Virus record (IMG/VR): IMGVR_UViG_3300044981_000245
Coordinates: 1 to 63,253 of that record
DNA: 63,253 nt
Strand: one strand, 5' to 3'
Source: a virus
Taxonomy: Duplodnaviria; Caudoviricetes
Both the position numbers and the translations under genes were made by a program. Of the stretch, positions 15,863 to 27,800 are shown piece by piece. Positions within the stretch are counted from its first letter, which is position 1. Every line of letters starts with the position of its first letter. Under the pieces are notes generated by a model. That model searched no databases and was not told the origin of the DNA. It was given only the letters and a program-made list of their open reading frames with translations.

Positions 15863-18345
15863 TGCCGGCTGCAGCCCTCAAGTCGACGACGCAGACGAAG
15901 TATTACCCCTTCAACGGGGGGTTGGACGTCGTTACGCCTGCGCTTTCCGTCGATCCGGGCTTCGCGCTTGCCATGGTCAACTATGAGCCCTGGTTTAACG
16001 GCGGCTATCGCCGCATAGACGGCTATGAGCGGACCGACGGGCATGCCAAGCCGAGCTTAGGCACGGCGTACGGAGTCGTCATGAGTTCACTCTCGGGCAT
16101 TACCGGAGTGGGCACCTTCACTTCGAGCGGCACGCGTGTCTACCAGCCAGGCACAGGCGTGACGTCGGGCGCTACTGCGATCGTAGTGGCGGCAATCGCC
16201 ACACCGAACAATGCTACCAGCACGCAATATTGGATAGCGCTTACCAACATCGCCGGCACATTTGTGGTCGGTGAGAACATTTACATCGGCACCACGACTT
16301 CGACCGGCGTGATTAGCACGGCGCCTTCGGTGAACTATGCGCCCTCCGGCACCGGCACTGACGGCTATCTCTTTGCGAGCGAGTTCCTCTTCGGCGCGCA
16401 GAATTATTATCGCCAGCAGATCAACCCGGTGCCCGGCACGGGCAACATCTTGGGCGCGTGGCAGCAGGGCACCAACATCTACGCTGTGCGCGGCACGGGC
16501 ACGCCCGGCACGCCGCAGAACCTGTGGCTGCAGTCAGGTACAGGCTGGACGCAAAGCGGCATCACTTACGCCTCCACGCTGTATTATAAGGGTCTGCTTT
16601 CGACCGTGCAGAGCGCGCAGTTCACCGCAACGCTGGATGTGACGGGCATTCTTAACGTCACGGCGGTGAGCGTTGGAACGCTTTATACGGGCGCCACGCT
16701 CGCCGACAACACAGGGCTGGTGCCCATCGGGGCGGTCATCGTCCAGCAGCTTGGAACGGCCACCGGTCAGACGGGGCAATACCAGGTCAGCGTGCTGCCC
16801 TCGGTGCCGGTGGCTTCCGAGACCATGTTCACCGTAAACCCGCCGGCGCAGGTGCCCACCGCGGGACAGGTCGTTGTCGGTGCTAGCAGCCTTACTACCG
16901 CCACGGTGGCCTACGGCATTCCGCAGGACACCACGGTTGGCTACGTGGCGTTCACCAATTACCAAGGCACGGGCTTCACGAGCGGCGAGCAGCTTCAAAC
17001 GCTGCATGGCGGTGTGGGCACGGCGTGGGGCACTGCGGCGGCCAACGGTACGGCCTTCACGCTGCCGAGTTCTGGCACGGCCTTCTACCGTTTCCAGAAC
17101 GCTAATTTCTACGCGACGACCGTGACCTACAACGTCTACGGCGTCAACAACGCAGGACCCGCATTCCAGATCGACCAGACCAATCTCGTAGTGCCGATCC
17201 TGATGCCGTTGAATGTGCTCCCCGGGCAGCCGCCGGCCAATAGCTGGCCTTTCGCGCTCACTGCGTATCAGGGCTTTCTGTTCCTCGCCTTCCCGGGCGG
17301 CATATACCAGCAATCGGTGCAGGGCTCGCCGCTGCAGTTCGATGGCTTCTTGGGCGCCGCCGAGTTCAGCGTCGGAGACGAGATCACTGGCCTCTTCAGC
17401 ATGGTCGGCCCCAACCTCATCATTCCGACCAAACATTCGAGCTTCGCGCTCTCGGGGAATTCAGATGCAAACTTTGTACAGTCCCTCATCGCAGAGAAAG
17501 CCGGCGCGATTAAATTCTCAGGACAGCTACTCGATACCGTGTACGCTATCAACAATCTTGGAATCACATCGCTATCGCGAACGCAGTCCTATGGAAACTT
17601 TGTTGGAGCCACGGTTTCTCAGCTGGTTCAGCCTCTCATTAATGCGCTCCGGCAGAATTTCAACGACTCAACCATAGTCCGGTCGAGCAACGAGGCACGC
17701 TTCTATTTCAATGACGGCAGCGCACTCATCATGTACGTGCCGGGGCTGGGTCAGCAGAACAAAGCTTGGTCGGCTATCGAGAGCGGCACGACTGCGCAGT
17801 TCGGCTATGCCAGCTATCCGGCGCCGATCTTCTGCATCTACAACAGCGAAGATCAGAATAACCTTGAGGTCGGCTATTTCGGCCTTTCCAATGGAGATGG
17901 GTATGTCTACCAAGACCGGTCCGGCACTTCCTTCGACGGTGCTGCCATTACTTCCTACGTACGACTCGCCTTCAATAACGTGGGATCCCCTTCCGCACGG
18001 AAGTACTTCCGCCGGGCGGACTTGGAGCTCAACAGCGCCGCGGCAATCGCCCTTAAGTTTGCCGCTGACCTCAGTTACTCTGCGGACGGCGCCTCCAGCG
18101 GCGTCCAGAATCTTACCGCAAGCAACATTCCAGTCGTCAACGTCTTCGGCGGTGGCGGCTACTGGGATACGGTCAACTGGAATCAATTTGATTGGGACGG
18201 CCAGACTATCAGCACGGCGCGCGCACAGCTGAACGGCACCGGTCTCAACATCAGCTTCCTGATCTTCCATCAGGCTGTGGTCGACCAACCGTTCATTTTG
18301 CAGGGTCTGACGCTCTACTACGACCCGCGAAGGTTGCAACGCTAA
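15862..18345 (+). CDS. Tail nozzle (tubular B / DNA stabilisation-like) with Gly/Thr-rich insertions
   Basis: FNGGL..VTP start, GGYWD..NW..F.WD near C-terminus; 827 aa. Confidence 0.7.
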   Translation: MPAAALKSTTQTKYYPFNGGLDVVTPALSVDPGFALAMVNYEPWFNGGYRRIDGYERTDGHAKPSLGTAYGVVMSSLSGITGVGTFTSSGTRVYQPGTGVTSGATAIVVAAIATPNNATSTQYWIALTNIAGTFVVGENIYIGTTTSTGVISTAPSVNYAPSGTGTDGYLFASEFLFGAQNYYRQQINPVPGTGNILGAWQQGTNIYAVRGTGTPGTPQNLWLQSGTGWTQSGITYASTLYYKGLLSTVQSAQFTATLDVTGILNVTAVSVGTLYTGATLADNTGLVPIGAVIVQQLGTATGQTGQYQVSVLPSVPVASETMFTVNPPAQVPTAGQVVVGASSLTTATVAYGIPQDTTVGYVAFTNYQGTGFTSGEQLQTLHGGVGTAWGTAAANGTAFTLPSSGTAFYRFQNANFYATTVTYNVYGVNNAGPAFQIDQTNLVVPILMPLNVLPGQPPANSWPFALTAYQGFLFLAFPGGIYQQSVQGSPLQFDGFLGAAEFSVGDEITGLFSMVGPNLIIPTKHSSFALSGNSDANFVQSLIAEKAGAIKFSGQLLDTVYAINNLGITSLSRTQSYGNFVGATVSQLVQPLINALRQNFNDSTIVRSSNEARFYFNDGSALIMYVPGLGQQNKAWSAIESGTTAQFGYASYPAPIFCIYNSEDQNNLEVGYFGLSNGDGYVYQDRSGTSFDGAAITSYVRLAFNNVGSPSARKYFRRADLELNSAAAIALKFAADLSYSADGASSGVQNLTASNIPVVNVFGGGGYWDTVNWNQFDWDGQTISTARAQLNGTGLNISFLIFHQAVVDQPFILQGLTLYYDPRRLQR

Positions 18346-20141
18346 TGGCACAACCGCAGTTCTACACATACTCAGGCGCCTTTTTACCCGGCACGCTCGC
18401 TCGAGCAGAGGCCGAGGGCACCGAGTTCACCTCTGTGCAGGTTGGCTTCGCTCGGCTGGCTATTCAAGGTGTCGATAGTGGCGCCGCCAATGCCTACGTC
18501 GTAACGACTTCAGGTGGACAGGACGGCACGTACACTGACGGTATGATCGTCGAATTCAAGGCGGCTAATGCCAGCACATCAAGCTGCACTATTGCCGTCG
18601 ATAGCGGCGCCACCGTGGGCCTTACGAACCCAGCAGGGCAAGCACTGGCGTCGGGCGCCATAGCAGCTGGCACCTGGTATCGGGCCATGTACAACAGCAC
18701 GTACTCTGCATTCACTGTCGTAGCGCCTACTGCGCAGACCGTGACCATTGGCACCATCTCTAGCGCCGCACCGACGCATCTCGTTGGCCTTGTGGCCGCG
18801 GGCGGCGTGGCAACCGCTGCTGCGCCCATTGACGTCACATTCGCAATCGATCAGAGCATCGCCCCGACGTGGACCGGCGCGCATACCTTTGCGAACACAG
18901 TCGCGTTCAATTCGACTGTGACTTTCGCAGGCGGCTTGGCGCTCACGGGTGCCTCTGGACAGTACGCTGCCACGCTGACTGGTAACTCTGCGACGGGGCA
19001 TTCGCTCGGTCTTGAAGTCAATGCGGGTACGAATGCATCAGACATCGCACTTCTTGTAAACAACCAGTCCGGCGCCACGCAATTCTTCCAGATCAACGGC
19101 CAAGGCAGTGTCACCGTCGGCACACCCACGGGGGGTGCGCAAGGCGTCGGTACGATCAACGCCACCGGACTCTTCGTGAATGGGGCTGCGGTCAAAACGA
19201 CCAGTGTTTCCAGCGCCAACCCTTCGGCCAGCGTCGGACTGGCCGCAGTCAATGGCACCGCTGCAACATTCATGACGTCCGACAGCGCGCCTCCTCTGAG
19301 TCAAGCGATTACGCCGACGTGGACAGGCGCGCATACCTTTACGCCAGGCAGCGGTGTAGCGATTACGGTAAACGCGCCAGTCAACACGATCGGCTTGGCG
19401 CTCGTCGGCGGCGCGAACACCGCCAATCACTATCTGATGACGCTGATTACTGGACAAGGCTCGGGCTTCTCCAGCGGACTTTTGATTGAAGCCGGCACCA
19501 CCAGTGCCGACAATGCGATCCTGGTAAATAACGCTGCCAACAATGCCACCCTATTCCAAGTAGAAGGTAATGGCGCCGGACAAGTAGGCCAAAACGGCAG
19601 CGGCCAACCGAACATCCAATGGTTCGTCACCGGGACGGTAGAGGTCCAAGGTGAGTTTGAGGTCAATAACGCCGCCAACAATACTCTGCTGTTTGAGGTG
19701 ACCGGTAACACGACTTCGCCGACGGTCGAAGGATACGGACCGGTGGCCGCCGGTATGGTGGACATGACGCCCGATAAAGGCACGTTCACCATCACGTACA
19801 CTGGTATGAGCACGACCGTTACTGCGACCGCCAAGTGGTCGCGCAACGGCAACCAAGTCCTGCTTATACTGCCGGCAGCTTCCGGCACGAGCAATGCACT
19901 CACTTTTACGGCTACTGGGCTACCCGCGTCCATACAGCCAGCAACCACGCATCAAGCGATTTGTAATGCGCTAAACGCTGGATGCTTTGAAGATAACACC
20001 ACCGGCACGACGGCGTCTATAACGATGACCGCTTCCAGCGGTACGATCACGTTCGGCAAGGGTGGCGTGGGCGGCAACTGGACCAACTCCGGCACCAAGG
20101 GCGTTCTGAACGCTCTTGCAATCGGCTACATATTGAACTGA
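18345..20141 (+). CDS. Tail fibre protein
   Basis: N-terminal tail-anchor-like segment, DSGAANAY...Y.DGM.V.FKAANA module, duplicated SAAP..VGL...PTWTGAHTF repeat. Confidence 0.8.
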   Translation: MAQPQFYTYSGAFLPGTLARAEAEGTEFTSVQVGFARLAIQGVDSGAANAYVVTTSGGQDGTYTDGMIVEFKAANASTSSCTIAVDSGATVGLTNPAGQALASGAIAAGTWYRAMYNSTYSAFTVVAPTAQTVTIGTISSAAPTHLVGLVAAGGVATAAAPIDVTFAIDQSIAPTWTGAHTFANTVAFNSTVTFAGGLALTGASGQYAATLTGNSATGHSLGLEVNAGTNASDIALLVNNQSGATQFFQINGQGSVTVGTPTGGAQGVGTINATGLFVNGAAVKTTSVSSANPSASVGLAAVNGTAATFMTSDSAPPLSQAITPTWTGAHTFTPGSGVAITVNAPVNTIGLALVGGANTANHYLMTLITGQGSGFSSGLLIEAGTTSADNAILVNNAANNATLFQVEGNGAGQVGQNGSGQPNIQWFVTGTVEVQGEFEVNNAANNTLLFEVTGNTTSPTVEGYGPVAAGMVDMTPDKGTFTITYTGMSTTVTATAKWSRNGNQVLLILPAASGTSNALTFTATGLPASIQPATTHQAICNALNAGCFEDNTTGTTASITMTASSGTITFGKGGVGGNWTNSGTKGVLNALAIGYILN

Positions 20142-20152
20142 GGATGTAACAA

Positions 20153-21184
20153 ATGGGCGCACTCGCAACGGGAGCTTCACTCACCACCAACAGTCCGACG
20201 TCGACTCCGGCGCCGCGGCCGACTGCGCCCACCACAACGCCGACGTCGCCGTCGACCACGCCAACGGGATCTATGGGCACGGGCGCGACTCCGGCGTTAT
20301 CCAGCTACAATCCGCCAAGCACCACGGCAGGCACTTTCGCCGCGTCCAATACTGGCACCGCCTCAAGCATTGGCACGACCCCGCAGGCGAGCGCCAGCAC
20401 CGTCGCCCCGCTCGCCGGGATCAACTCCGCCGGCACGATAAACCCGAATGACGCTACGAACTCAGCGTCTCAGCTGGACGCGATTACCGCGGCCAACAGT
20501 CCTTATATCCAGCAGGCCACGCAACAGGGATACCTCTCCGCGGCTGCCCGCGGACTGGGAAACTCGAGCGCCGCATCCGGCGCCTCAGAAGCGGCCGCCG
20601 TACAGGCGGCAGCCCCTCTTGCCGAGCAGAACGCCGGCGAAGCCACGGCCGGCCAAGAGCAGAATAGCCAGCTGCAGACACAGGCGAATGAGTTCAACGC
20701 GAGCCAGCAGAATGCCAACCAGCAGCTGCAGGCACAGCTAGGTACGCAGCAGACTCAGTTCAACGCGAGCCAGACGCAGGCCGCGGCGGCCGCCAATACG
20801 CAGGCGCAGAACGCCATGACGGCCCAGACGCAGTCTCTGATTGCACAGATTAACCAAACCGGGCTGCAGGGTGTAAACTCTGAAGCCTTGGCCGGCATCC
20901 AGGGCAAGTGGAATGCGCTGATCAGCTCAAATAGCGCAGCTTCGTCGTTGGTGAACAGCATGCTCAATGGCGTGTCGACCATCATGAATAACCAGAACAT
21001 CGCTCCGGGCAAAGCCGGCGACATGATCAACGCAGAGGTTAACTTGGTCGACCAGTCCCTGACCGTCATGAACGCGATCCAAGGCGGTAATGCGGCGCCG
21101 CCGATCGCGGCGACCGGCGCCGGGCTTGCGACGGGCAGCGTAACGCCGACTTTGAATCCGCCTAAGACCGGAGCGCCGTCTTGA
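20153..21184 (+). CDS. Putative internal virion (ejection) protein
   Basis: Thr/Pro N-terminus, AAARGLGNSS motif, Gln/Asn/Ala helical repeats. Confidence 0.6.
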   Translation: MGALATGASLTTNSPTSTPAPRPTAPTTTPTSPSTTPTGSMGTGATPALSSYNPPSTTAGTFAASNTGTASSIGTTPQASASTVAPLAGINSAGTINPNDATNSASQLDAITAANSPYIQQATQQGYLSAAARGLGNSSAASGASEAAAVQAAAPLAEQNAGEATAGQEQNSQLQTQANEFNASQQNANQQLQAQLGTQQTQFNASQTQAAAAANTQAQNAMTAQTQSLIAQINQTGLQGVNSEALAGIQGKWNALISSNSAASSLVNSMLNGVSTIMNNQNIAPGKAGDMINAEVNLVDQSLTVMNAIQGGNAAPPIAATGAGLATGSVTPTLNPPKTGAPS

Positions 21185-21645
21185 TCATAAGAGTACCCGA
21201 CGTTGCAGATGCGGGACTCCTGAGTGCGAAGGCTCAGACATACGCTGCAACGATGTACCCGGAGCTGATTCCGGACATCGAGAAGATTCACTGGCTAGTG
21301 CGTGACTGCACGCATCAGCCGAACGTCCATTACTCTAGGGTGGTGGGCAAACCGGGGGAGCCGACTGCGGCAATCCTGACGCGCACAGAGAACAACCTGT
21401 GGGCAATGAAGAAGCACGCCTCTGTGGTGCTATGGTATTCGGAAATACCCGGAGCCGGCGCGGCGCTGCTGCGCGGCTTTCGGAACTGGGTGAAGACGCA
21501 GAAGCACGTCGTAATGGCAGGCTTCAATGCGGATTGGGTGATGGCGGATGCGCGACCGTTGCTGCTGGCGCATCGCATCGGATTTACGAAACGAGGGGAA
21601 GGCATGTACGTCTTCCACCGCGGGGGAAGCAAATGGCAGGCTTAG
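21181..21645 (+). CDS. GNAT-like protein of podovirus tail/ejection region
   Basis: IRVPD.AD start, WYSE.PG.G..LL and HRIGF..RG motifs. Confidence 0.6.
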   Translation: MIIRVPDVADAGLLSAKAQTYAATMYPELIPDIEKIHWLVRDCTHQPNVHYSRVVGKPGEPTAAILTRTENNLWAMKKHASVVLWYSEIPGAGAALLRGFRNWVKTQKHVVMAGFNADWVMADARPLLLAHRIGFTKRGEGMYVFHRGGSKWQA

Positions 21646-22826
21646 GTGGTTTACTCAGCATCGCGATCGGCGTCGTCGGCATCGCCACGGGAGGCCTTGG
21701 CCTTCTCGCTGGCGGCCTTCTGATCGCAGGAGGTCTCGCAGCGAGCGGCCTCATCGGCGGCTCGGTCGGCAAGTTCATGAACTCCGGATGGGGGCAAGGA
21801 CTCATGGCGGCCGCATCTCTCGGGAGCGCAGGCATTGCTATGTATGGCTCGAGTGCTCTCGCCGCGGAATCTACCGAAGGCGTGTCGGCGCTGGATGCGT
21901 CGAACGCAGCCACCGCGGCCGGCAACACGGCCGCCATCGGCGCGTCCAATGACGCTTCTCTTGCCGCCAGCAATGCCATTCAGAGCAGCCTCGGCGACGA
22001 CGCAGCTATAGCCACATCCAGCGACTTCAGCGGCGCGGCCGGCACGGGCTCAAGCGCCGCGTCCATCGCGCAAGCCAACCCGGCCTTATCCGAGGCGATC
22101 TCCGGTACCAACGGCCAGACGCTGGTGACGGCCAACGCCAATACCCCGCTGGCTCAGAACGCCGGCGCGGCACAGGCTTCGGCCCAGCAGACTCAGGCAA
22201 CAGAGGCAGCGGCAGGCGGTGCTACTCCTACCGGTACGGGGCCTACCGCGGGCAAAGCAGCCCCCTTCGACAGCGCCAATGCACCCACAGGTGCGGCGGC
22301 TCCGACAGCAAGCGAGCAGGGACCTCCGGCGCCAGACACCGCAACGTCGACCACTTCAGCGTATGACCAAGATCAGGCGATCAATGGTTCGGGAGACAGC
22401 AGCAGCGGGGGATATCTGAAAACCGCGCTGCAGGATCCAAAGGTTCAGGCCGCGGCGGTGCAGGGCGGCTTGGGTCTCATCGGCGGATTGGGTTCAGGCA
22501 TGATGCAGCAGTCGGCGATGCAGAAGCAGATCGCGGCCCAGCAGTGGGGTAACGCGCAGTGGCAGCAGCCGAATCAAGTAGCAGGCTTTGAGGCCGCGGC
22601 AGCACAGCCCATTACCGTGCCGTCGGGCTACCTGCAGCGCGCGCAGCAGATCCGCGGTATGATGGCTGGTGGCGTACCGACGCCGGGTGGTGCCGGACCG
22701 GTACCGACAAGCAGCGCCATGGCGCCTCCAGGTGTCGGTGGCCCAGTTCCAATGTCAGCAATGGGCGCCCCGGGCGGCGCAATGGCGGCGCCTACGCCGC
22801 AAAATCCTCGCGGCGGAGTTATTTAA
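21633..22826 (+). CDS. Putative ejection protein with hydrophobic Gly-zipper segments
   Basis: GxxxG-rich hydrophobic N-terminus; Ala/Ser low complexity. Confidence 0.6.
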   Translation: MAGLGGLLSIAIGVVGIATGGLGLLAGGLLIAGGLAASGLIGGSVGKFMNSGWGQGLMAAASLGSAGIAMYGSSALAAESTEGVSALDASNAATAAGNTAAIGASNDASLAASNAIQSSLGDDAAIATSSDFSGAAGTGSSAASIAQANPALSEAISGTNGQTLVTANANTPLAQNAGAAQASAQQTQATEAAAGGATPTGTGPTAGKAAPFDSANAPTGAAAPTASEQGPPAPDTATSTTSAYDQDQAINGSGDSSSGGYLKTALQDPKVQAAAVQGGLGLIGGLGSGMMQQSAMQKQIAAQQWGNAQWQQPNQVAGFEAAAAQPITVPSGYLQRAQQIRGMMAGGVPTPGGAGPVPTSSAMAPPGVGGPVPMSAMGAPGGAMAAPTPQNPRGGVI

Positions 22827-23927
22827 ATGGCAATGCTCGCAAAAGGCAAAGAAGCGTCCGAGAAAAAGGACGAGAAGAAAAAGCACAAGCATCCGGCTGC
22901 AAAGCAGGAGGCTCCGCCGTCACAGGCTCCCGAAGAAGGCGGCGATGCCGATGCCGATGACCAAGAGGATGGCGCTCAAGAACAGTCCGGTGGCGATGCT
23001 GGCAATAGCACGAGCGAATCTGAGGACGCCCAAGGTCAGCCCGACGGGGATGACGATAACGAACAGCAGGGTGGAAGCGATCAGCAGCAGGATGGCGGCG
23101 GTAGTCAAGGTGGTCAAGGTGCAACTCCTGTTCCAAACCCGCAAGCTCCGGGTGCGGGAGACGATACCTCAGGTGGCGCTGATACGCCAACTGGCGAGGG
23201 CGACACTGGCGGCGGGGAAGCCCCGGCCGGCGAAGCGGGAAACACGCCGGAAGAGTCCACCAACATGGCGCAGCAGGTGCCCATGTCACCGGGGCTCAAG
23301 GATGAATACGACCGAGCCAATACCATGCTCATGCAGGAACTCTACGGGTCTCCGGATGACGCTGCGGCGAAGGGCATAGTGGGCGGCCTTCAGCCAGATG
23401 GCCCGATGAAAATCCGTAGCGCTGTCCATCTGTCGCTCGTTGTAACGACGGAGATCATCAAGAAGCTTGGTGCTAAAGACTTCCCGGCGCAGCTTGTCCT
23501 GCCGTTCTCGAAGGATGTCGTCAGTCATGTGATGGACCTCGGCCAGCAGGTGAAGCAGATACAGTACTCCGAGCAGGAGTCTGTGGCAATCTTAGGTGCG
23601 CTGTACGAAGGCATCATGCGTATCTTCGGCGTGAACCACGGACAGGCCAAGAAGGCAGGCTCGCTCTTCGGTAAGAAGGCGCTGATGGGCCACGCCGCCA
23701 AGCACAAAGCGGCACTCGCGTTTGCGAAGCCCGGTATTGACGCGCTGAACAATGCAGGCGGCCCAACGCAGGGCGCGCCGCAGGAAGCAGGTCCGCAGAC
23801 CGGGGTGGCGCCAGGGTCACAGGCAGCGCCGACGTCTGGCGCGCCGCCGCAGCCACCGCCGCCTCAAGGTGGGCCGTTGGCGCAGGCCGCGGCGGCATCG
23901 CCAGCGGCACAAGGGGAGGGTAGTTAA
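22827..23927 (+). CDS. Hypothetical virion-region protein with acidic disordered N-terminus
   Basis: Abuts both neighbours; helical core. Confidence 0.65.
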   Translation: MAMLAKGKEASEKKDEKKKHKHPAAKQEAPPSQAPEEGGDADADDQEDGAQEQSGGDAGNSTSESEDAQGQPDGDDDNEQQGGSDQQQDGGGSQGGQGATPVPNPQAPGAGDDTSGGADTPTGEGDTGGGEAPAGEAGNTPEESTNMAQQVPMSPGLKDEYDRANTMLMQELYGSPDDAAAKGIVGGLQPDGPMKIRSAVHLSLVVTTEIIKKLGAKDFPAQLVLPFSKDVVSHVMDLGQQVKQIQYSEQESVAILGALYEGIMRIFGVNHGQAKKAGSLFGKKALMGHAAKHKAALAFAKPGIDALNNAGGPTQGAPQEAGPQTGVAPGSQAAPTSGAPPQPPPPQGGPLAQAAAASPAAQGEGS

Positions 23928-24830
23928 ATGGGCATGATTCTAGGAGCCGCCCTCGCAGGCGGCGCAGGCGGCGCAGAAAAAGCGGTTGAGCAGAGTATCG
24001 CACAGCAGCGGCAGGAAACCATAATGCGCTTGCGCGAGGACTATGAATCTCAGCGGCAAGGCACGCAGATTGCAGCAGGCAAAGAGCAACAGGAACGCGG
24101 TTTCGCCCAGCAGAAAGAAATGCACGGCGTCGAGCACGAGGAAGCGGTTGCCGCAGCCGGTGCTCGCATGGGCTTCGAAGAGAAACAGGCGAAAGCAAAA
24201 GAAGCCGCCGCACAAACGCGCACCGAGACCACCGCCAAGGGCCGTATCGCGGTTGCGAATATCAACAAAGAAGGCCGCCTCGGCGCAGCCGCTGCAACGC
24301 ACGGACCGCAGCCTCTCCTGAAGCACGCCGGAGATTATACTGTGGGTGGCGGCATCGACCCTGTGACGAAGCAGCCGACGCCGCAGACCAAGATTCCGAT
24401 CTATCAACATCAGGATGGCCGCGTATTCGTTTCGGTGGGTAATAGGTTCATGCCTTTTGACTCAAGCAAAGGAATCCCAGATCCCAAAAGCGTGGGTCGT
24501 GGCAATGCGAAAGCCGAGAGCGACCTTATGAACGATCCAATGGGCATGACTCCGGACGGCAAGTCGACCAAGTTCGATGCGTTCTTGGGCGCATATGGCT
24601 ACGTTCCGAATGGGTATTTCGCGGCGCAGCAGCGGGCGCAGCAACAGCCGACTAAACCGGGTGGCGGTCCGTTGGGTGCGCACGCCCCGGCAGGCGCCGC
24701 TTGGCAGCCGGCTCCGAGCGCCAACGAAGCGTACACCGACAATGAGGTTGAGGACGCGCGCATGGACACGGAAGATGCGGAAGCCCAAGGCGGCGAAGCA
24801 GAACAAGATACGGCACCGGCAAAGGACTAA
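23928..24830 (+). CDS. Putative ejection protein
   Basis: ggagg RBS; GAALAGGAGGA start followed by coiled coil. Confidence 0.6.
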   Translation: MGMILGAALAGGAGGAEKAVEQSIAQQRQETIMRLREDYESQRQGTQIAAGKEQQERGFAQQKEMHGVEHEEAVAAAGARMGFEEKQAKAKEAAAQTRTETTAKGRIAVANINKEGRLGAAAATHGPQPLLKHAGDYTVGGGIDPVTKQPTPQTKIPIYQHQDGRVFVSVGNRFMPFDSSKGIPDPKSVGRGNAKAESDLMNDPMGMTPDGKSTKFDAFLGAYGYVPNGYFAAQQRAQQQPTKPGGGPLGAHAPAGAAWQPAPSANEAYTDNEVEDARMDTEDAEAQGGEAEQDTAPAKD

Positions 24831-24870
24831 CTGACGCGGGGGTTCCTTACGGTCCTCCCTGGAGAGACGA

Positions 24871-27800
24871 ATGGCAGGTAGCGGGAACTATTTTTTGGAC
24901 ACGTACGGGCCGAGCGATACCGCTGCACCCGCTGCTGCCCCACAAACCGCTCCCGCGCAAAGTGCGCCCGCACCGGCTGCCGCTCGGGCCGCCGCGCCAC
25001 CGCCGAAGCCGACTGGGAACTACTTCACGGATACCTATGGCCCCAACGATGTCGATCAGCCGACGCTAGCCAAGCCGAAGGCTTCCGCGATTCACGACAC
25101 CATAACCAATCCGGCGCTAAACGGCTTTGAGAAGGGACGGCAAATAGGCTTCATCCTGCAGAGTCCGATGTATAAAGACGAGCAGGTTGCTAGTGCTATT
25201 GCGGAAGCCCAGCAGAAAATAGAACCGCGCCCGGAATATCTCCGACAAGCCGACGAGGTTTTTTCCAATGCGCACGGATGGCTGGGAGTGCTGGACGCAT
25301 ACGTCCACAACCCAAGAGCAGTTCTTGCAAACACCATCCAAGGACTGACTCAGGGCGGCATGGTAATGGGCGCGGCTGTCGCCGGGGGCGCCGCGGGTGG
25401 CCCCGAGGCTGCCGCAGTCAGCGCAGGCGGCGCAGCCTATTTGAATACATATGGCGAAACCATTCTGAACACCTTCGAAGCGCATGGTGTTGACCTGAGC
25501 GATAAAGATGCCGTGCTCGCCGCGATGCATGATCCGGCGCTTATGGCGGCCGCAGCGGCTGCGGGGCACAAAGCCGGTGTGCCTGCGGCGATTATCAACG
25601 CGCTTAGTTTCGGTATCGCCGGCCGGGTAGCGGGACCTGTGACTCGTATAGCTGGAGGCAAAGTTGCGGGCCGTGCAGCGGGCGCGGTTGGCGAAGTCGC
25701 GGCACAGGGCACCATTGGCGCGGGCGGCGAGGCTGCCACGGAAGCATCTCGAGGCGAAGAACTCAACCCGAATGCGATCACTCAGGCGGGGCTGGGGCAG
25801 GCCGCCGCTACAGCGCCGTTCATGGCGCATGGAGTGGTTTCCGATCCCTTGGCGCACGTTGATACGCGCGTAGTTGAAGCACACGCAGACATCATGTCGC
25901 AGGCCCAAGAGACGGCCGCTGCGGCCGTCAAGGCTCAGGGTGGCGACGCGCTGGATCAGACGGTGGCCGCCACGCAGGTCAATGCCGAGGTCGGTGCGCA
26001 CCATGACGCCGCGGCGGTGCAGGGTGCCCGAGACCAAGAAGCGCAGGCCCATGCGGATGCCTTGCAGGCTCACCAGGAGCAGGAAGCCCGAGACGCGGCC
26101 TTCGCCCAAGCCGAAGCGGAGAAGGGCGCCACGCCGGCGCAAGAAGCGCTCGCCAAAGAGAACGCATTTCAGCAGGCGGATGTCGACAACCAGAAAGAAA
26201 AGGACCAAGACTTTTCTGCAGCAAAGAATCAGGTGGGCGAGCAGGCCGTCGAAGCTGCCAAGACCGGTGAGGCCGGTGCCGAGAAGGGCGGGGCGAACGA
26301 GCCCAAGCCGACTTTGGCCGAGGCGCTGCCTCCAGAGCAGCTGGCGGCCCTGCAGGGCCTCAAGGCCCGCCGGGCGGCGGAAGCCGCCCAGCCGCCCGAG
26401 GAGACGGTACAGGAGCGCATGAGGGCACAGGCCAGAGGCACTCCTGACGACTTCCAAGAGCTGCCCGCTAAAGCTCCGGAGACGGCCGTGGCGCCGCCCG
26501 AGGAGGCCGAGCCTGAAACCATAGCCCCTCCCCCGGTTAAGCCCGCAGACCTTGCCGCTCGCAGGCAGGCAGAGCTTGACGCGAAGATGGCAGCAAAGGT
26601 TCGGGGGCCGGCCCCAGAAACCCCAATCGCCTCACCCAATGAGGTGAAAGCACCCCCTAATCGCCTCGGCGCCATCCGGGCAGCTGCGGAGAAACGGGCG
26701 GCATTGTCCTCAGAGCGTGCGGAGAATCCGGTCCGCGAGCCTGAGGGCTACGTGGCCCGCAATGCGGAGACGGGGGACGAAATCAAGCGCTTCCCCACGT
26801 TCGAGGAGGCTCTAGCGCACAAGCAGGCCAACCCGGACCACGACATTACGAAGTTCAAAGCCCCTGAGAATGACTGGTTCAGCGACCTTCGTTCGCGGCT
26901 GGCTATGCCGCATGACGAGGCGAAAGAGCATCTGTCAGGCGTATCAGATGCTCAAGGTGAGCGCGCATTCCAGGTCCATGAGTCGGCCACTGCCGACACC
27001 GTACCGCCGCTTCTAGCCCAGCAGATCAAGGAGCACATGGCTAAGGGCGGCCTGCCGCCCAAAGGCGCCTACAGCGAGGGCGTGGCGCATGTCTTTGCGG
27101 GCAGCCACGAGACCGGGGACAAAGAGGACCTTTTGTCCACAACTGTGCATGAGCTTGCCCACAAAGGCCTCGAGAGCTTCTTGGGTCCCGAACTCGGCCA
27201 CACCATGGACGGCATCTACCGCGATGTAAGGGATACGGCTTGGGCCAAGCGTCTCGTAGAGCGCAGAGGCATGGACACGAGCCGGGTGGATACCCAGCGC
27301 CTGGTGGCGAACGAGTACGCCGCACACATGGCGGAGAACGTCGCCGCGGGACGCGAAGTACACGAGGAGCTACCGGTCAAGGACCGCGTGGCCGGGCATT
27401 GGCAGCGCGTGGTCGACACTGTGCGCGCCGGGCTGCGCAAGATCGGCCTCGTCAAGCACTGGAACGACAATGACATCGCAGCTCTTATCCGGCAGGCGCA
27501 GGCGCACTCAGGCGGCGACCGCGTTGGCCGCGAAGGGACAGACTATAAACAGTCTGGGCCTCTCTTCTCGCTGCAGAATGACGACGACAATATCGCGCAG
27601 AATTTTGCTCCTGACCATCCGATCGCGCAGGCACACAAGCTGGCACGCACGATGGAAGAGCAGGCCAAGTACAACCCGGGCTTCATCCACGACCCTGCCG
27701 GATACATGAAGGAGAAGTGGGACGATACGCTGGGCTCCCGCCTCGCCTTTATCGGTCTACGCAATCTACCCGACTTCCTCAACGAGCGCACCCATGGCGC

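Noticed and set aside
7477-17436. Long antisense ORFs (e.g. 7477-8664, 8998-10056, 13757-15829, 16534-17436)
   Set aside because: Antisense shadows of GC3-biased structural genes with unnatural composition
2830-20141. Diversity-generating retroelement acting on fibres
   Set aside because: No reverse transcriptase and no template/variable repeat pair with adenine-specific differences seen
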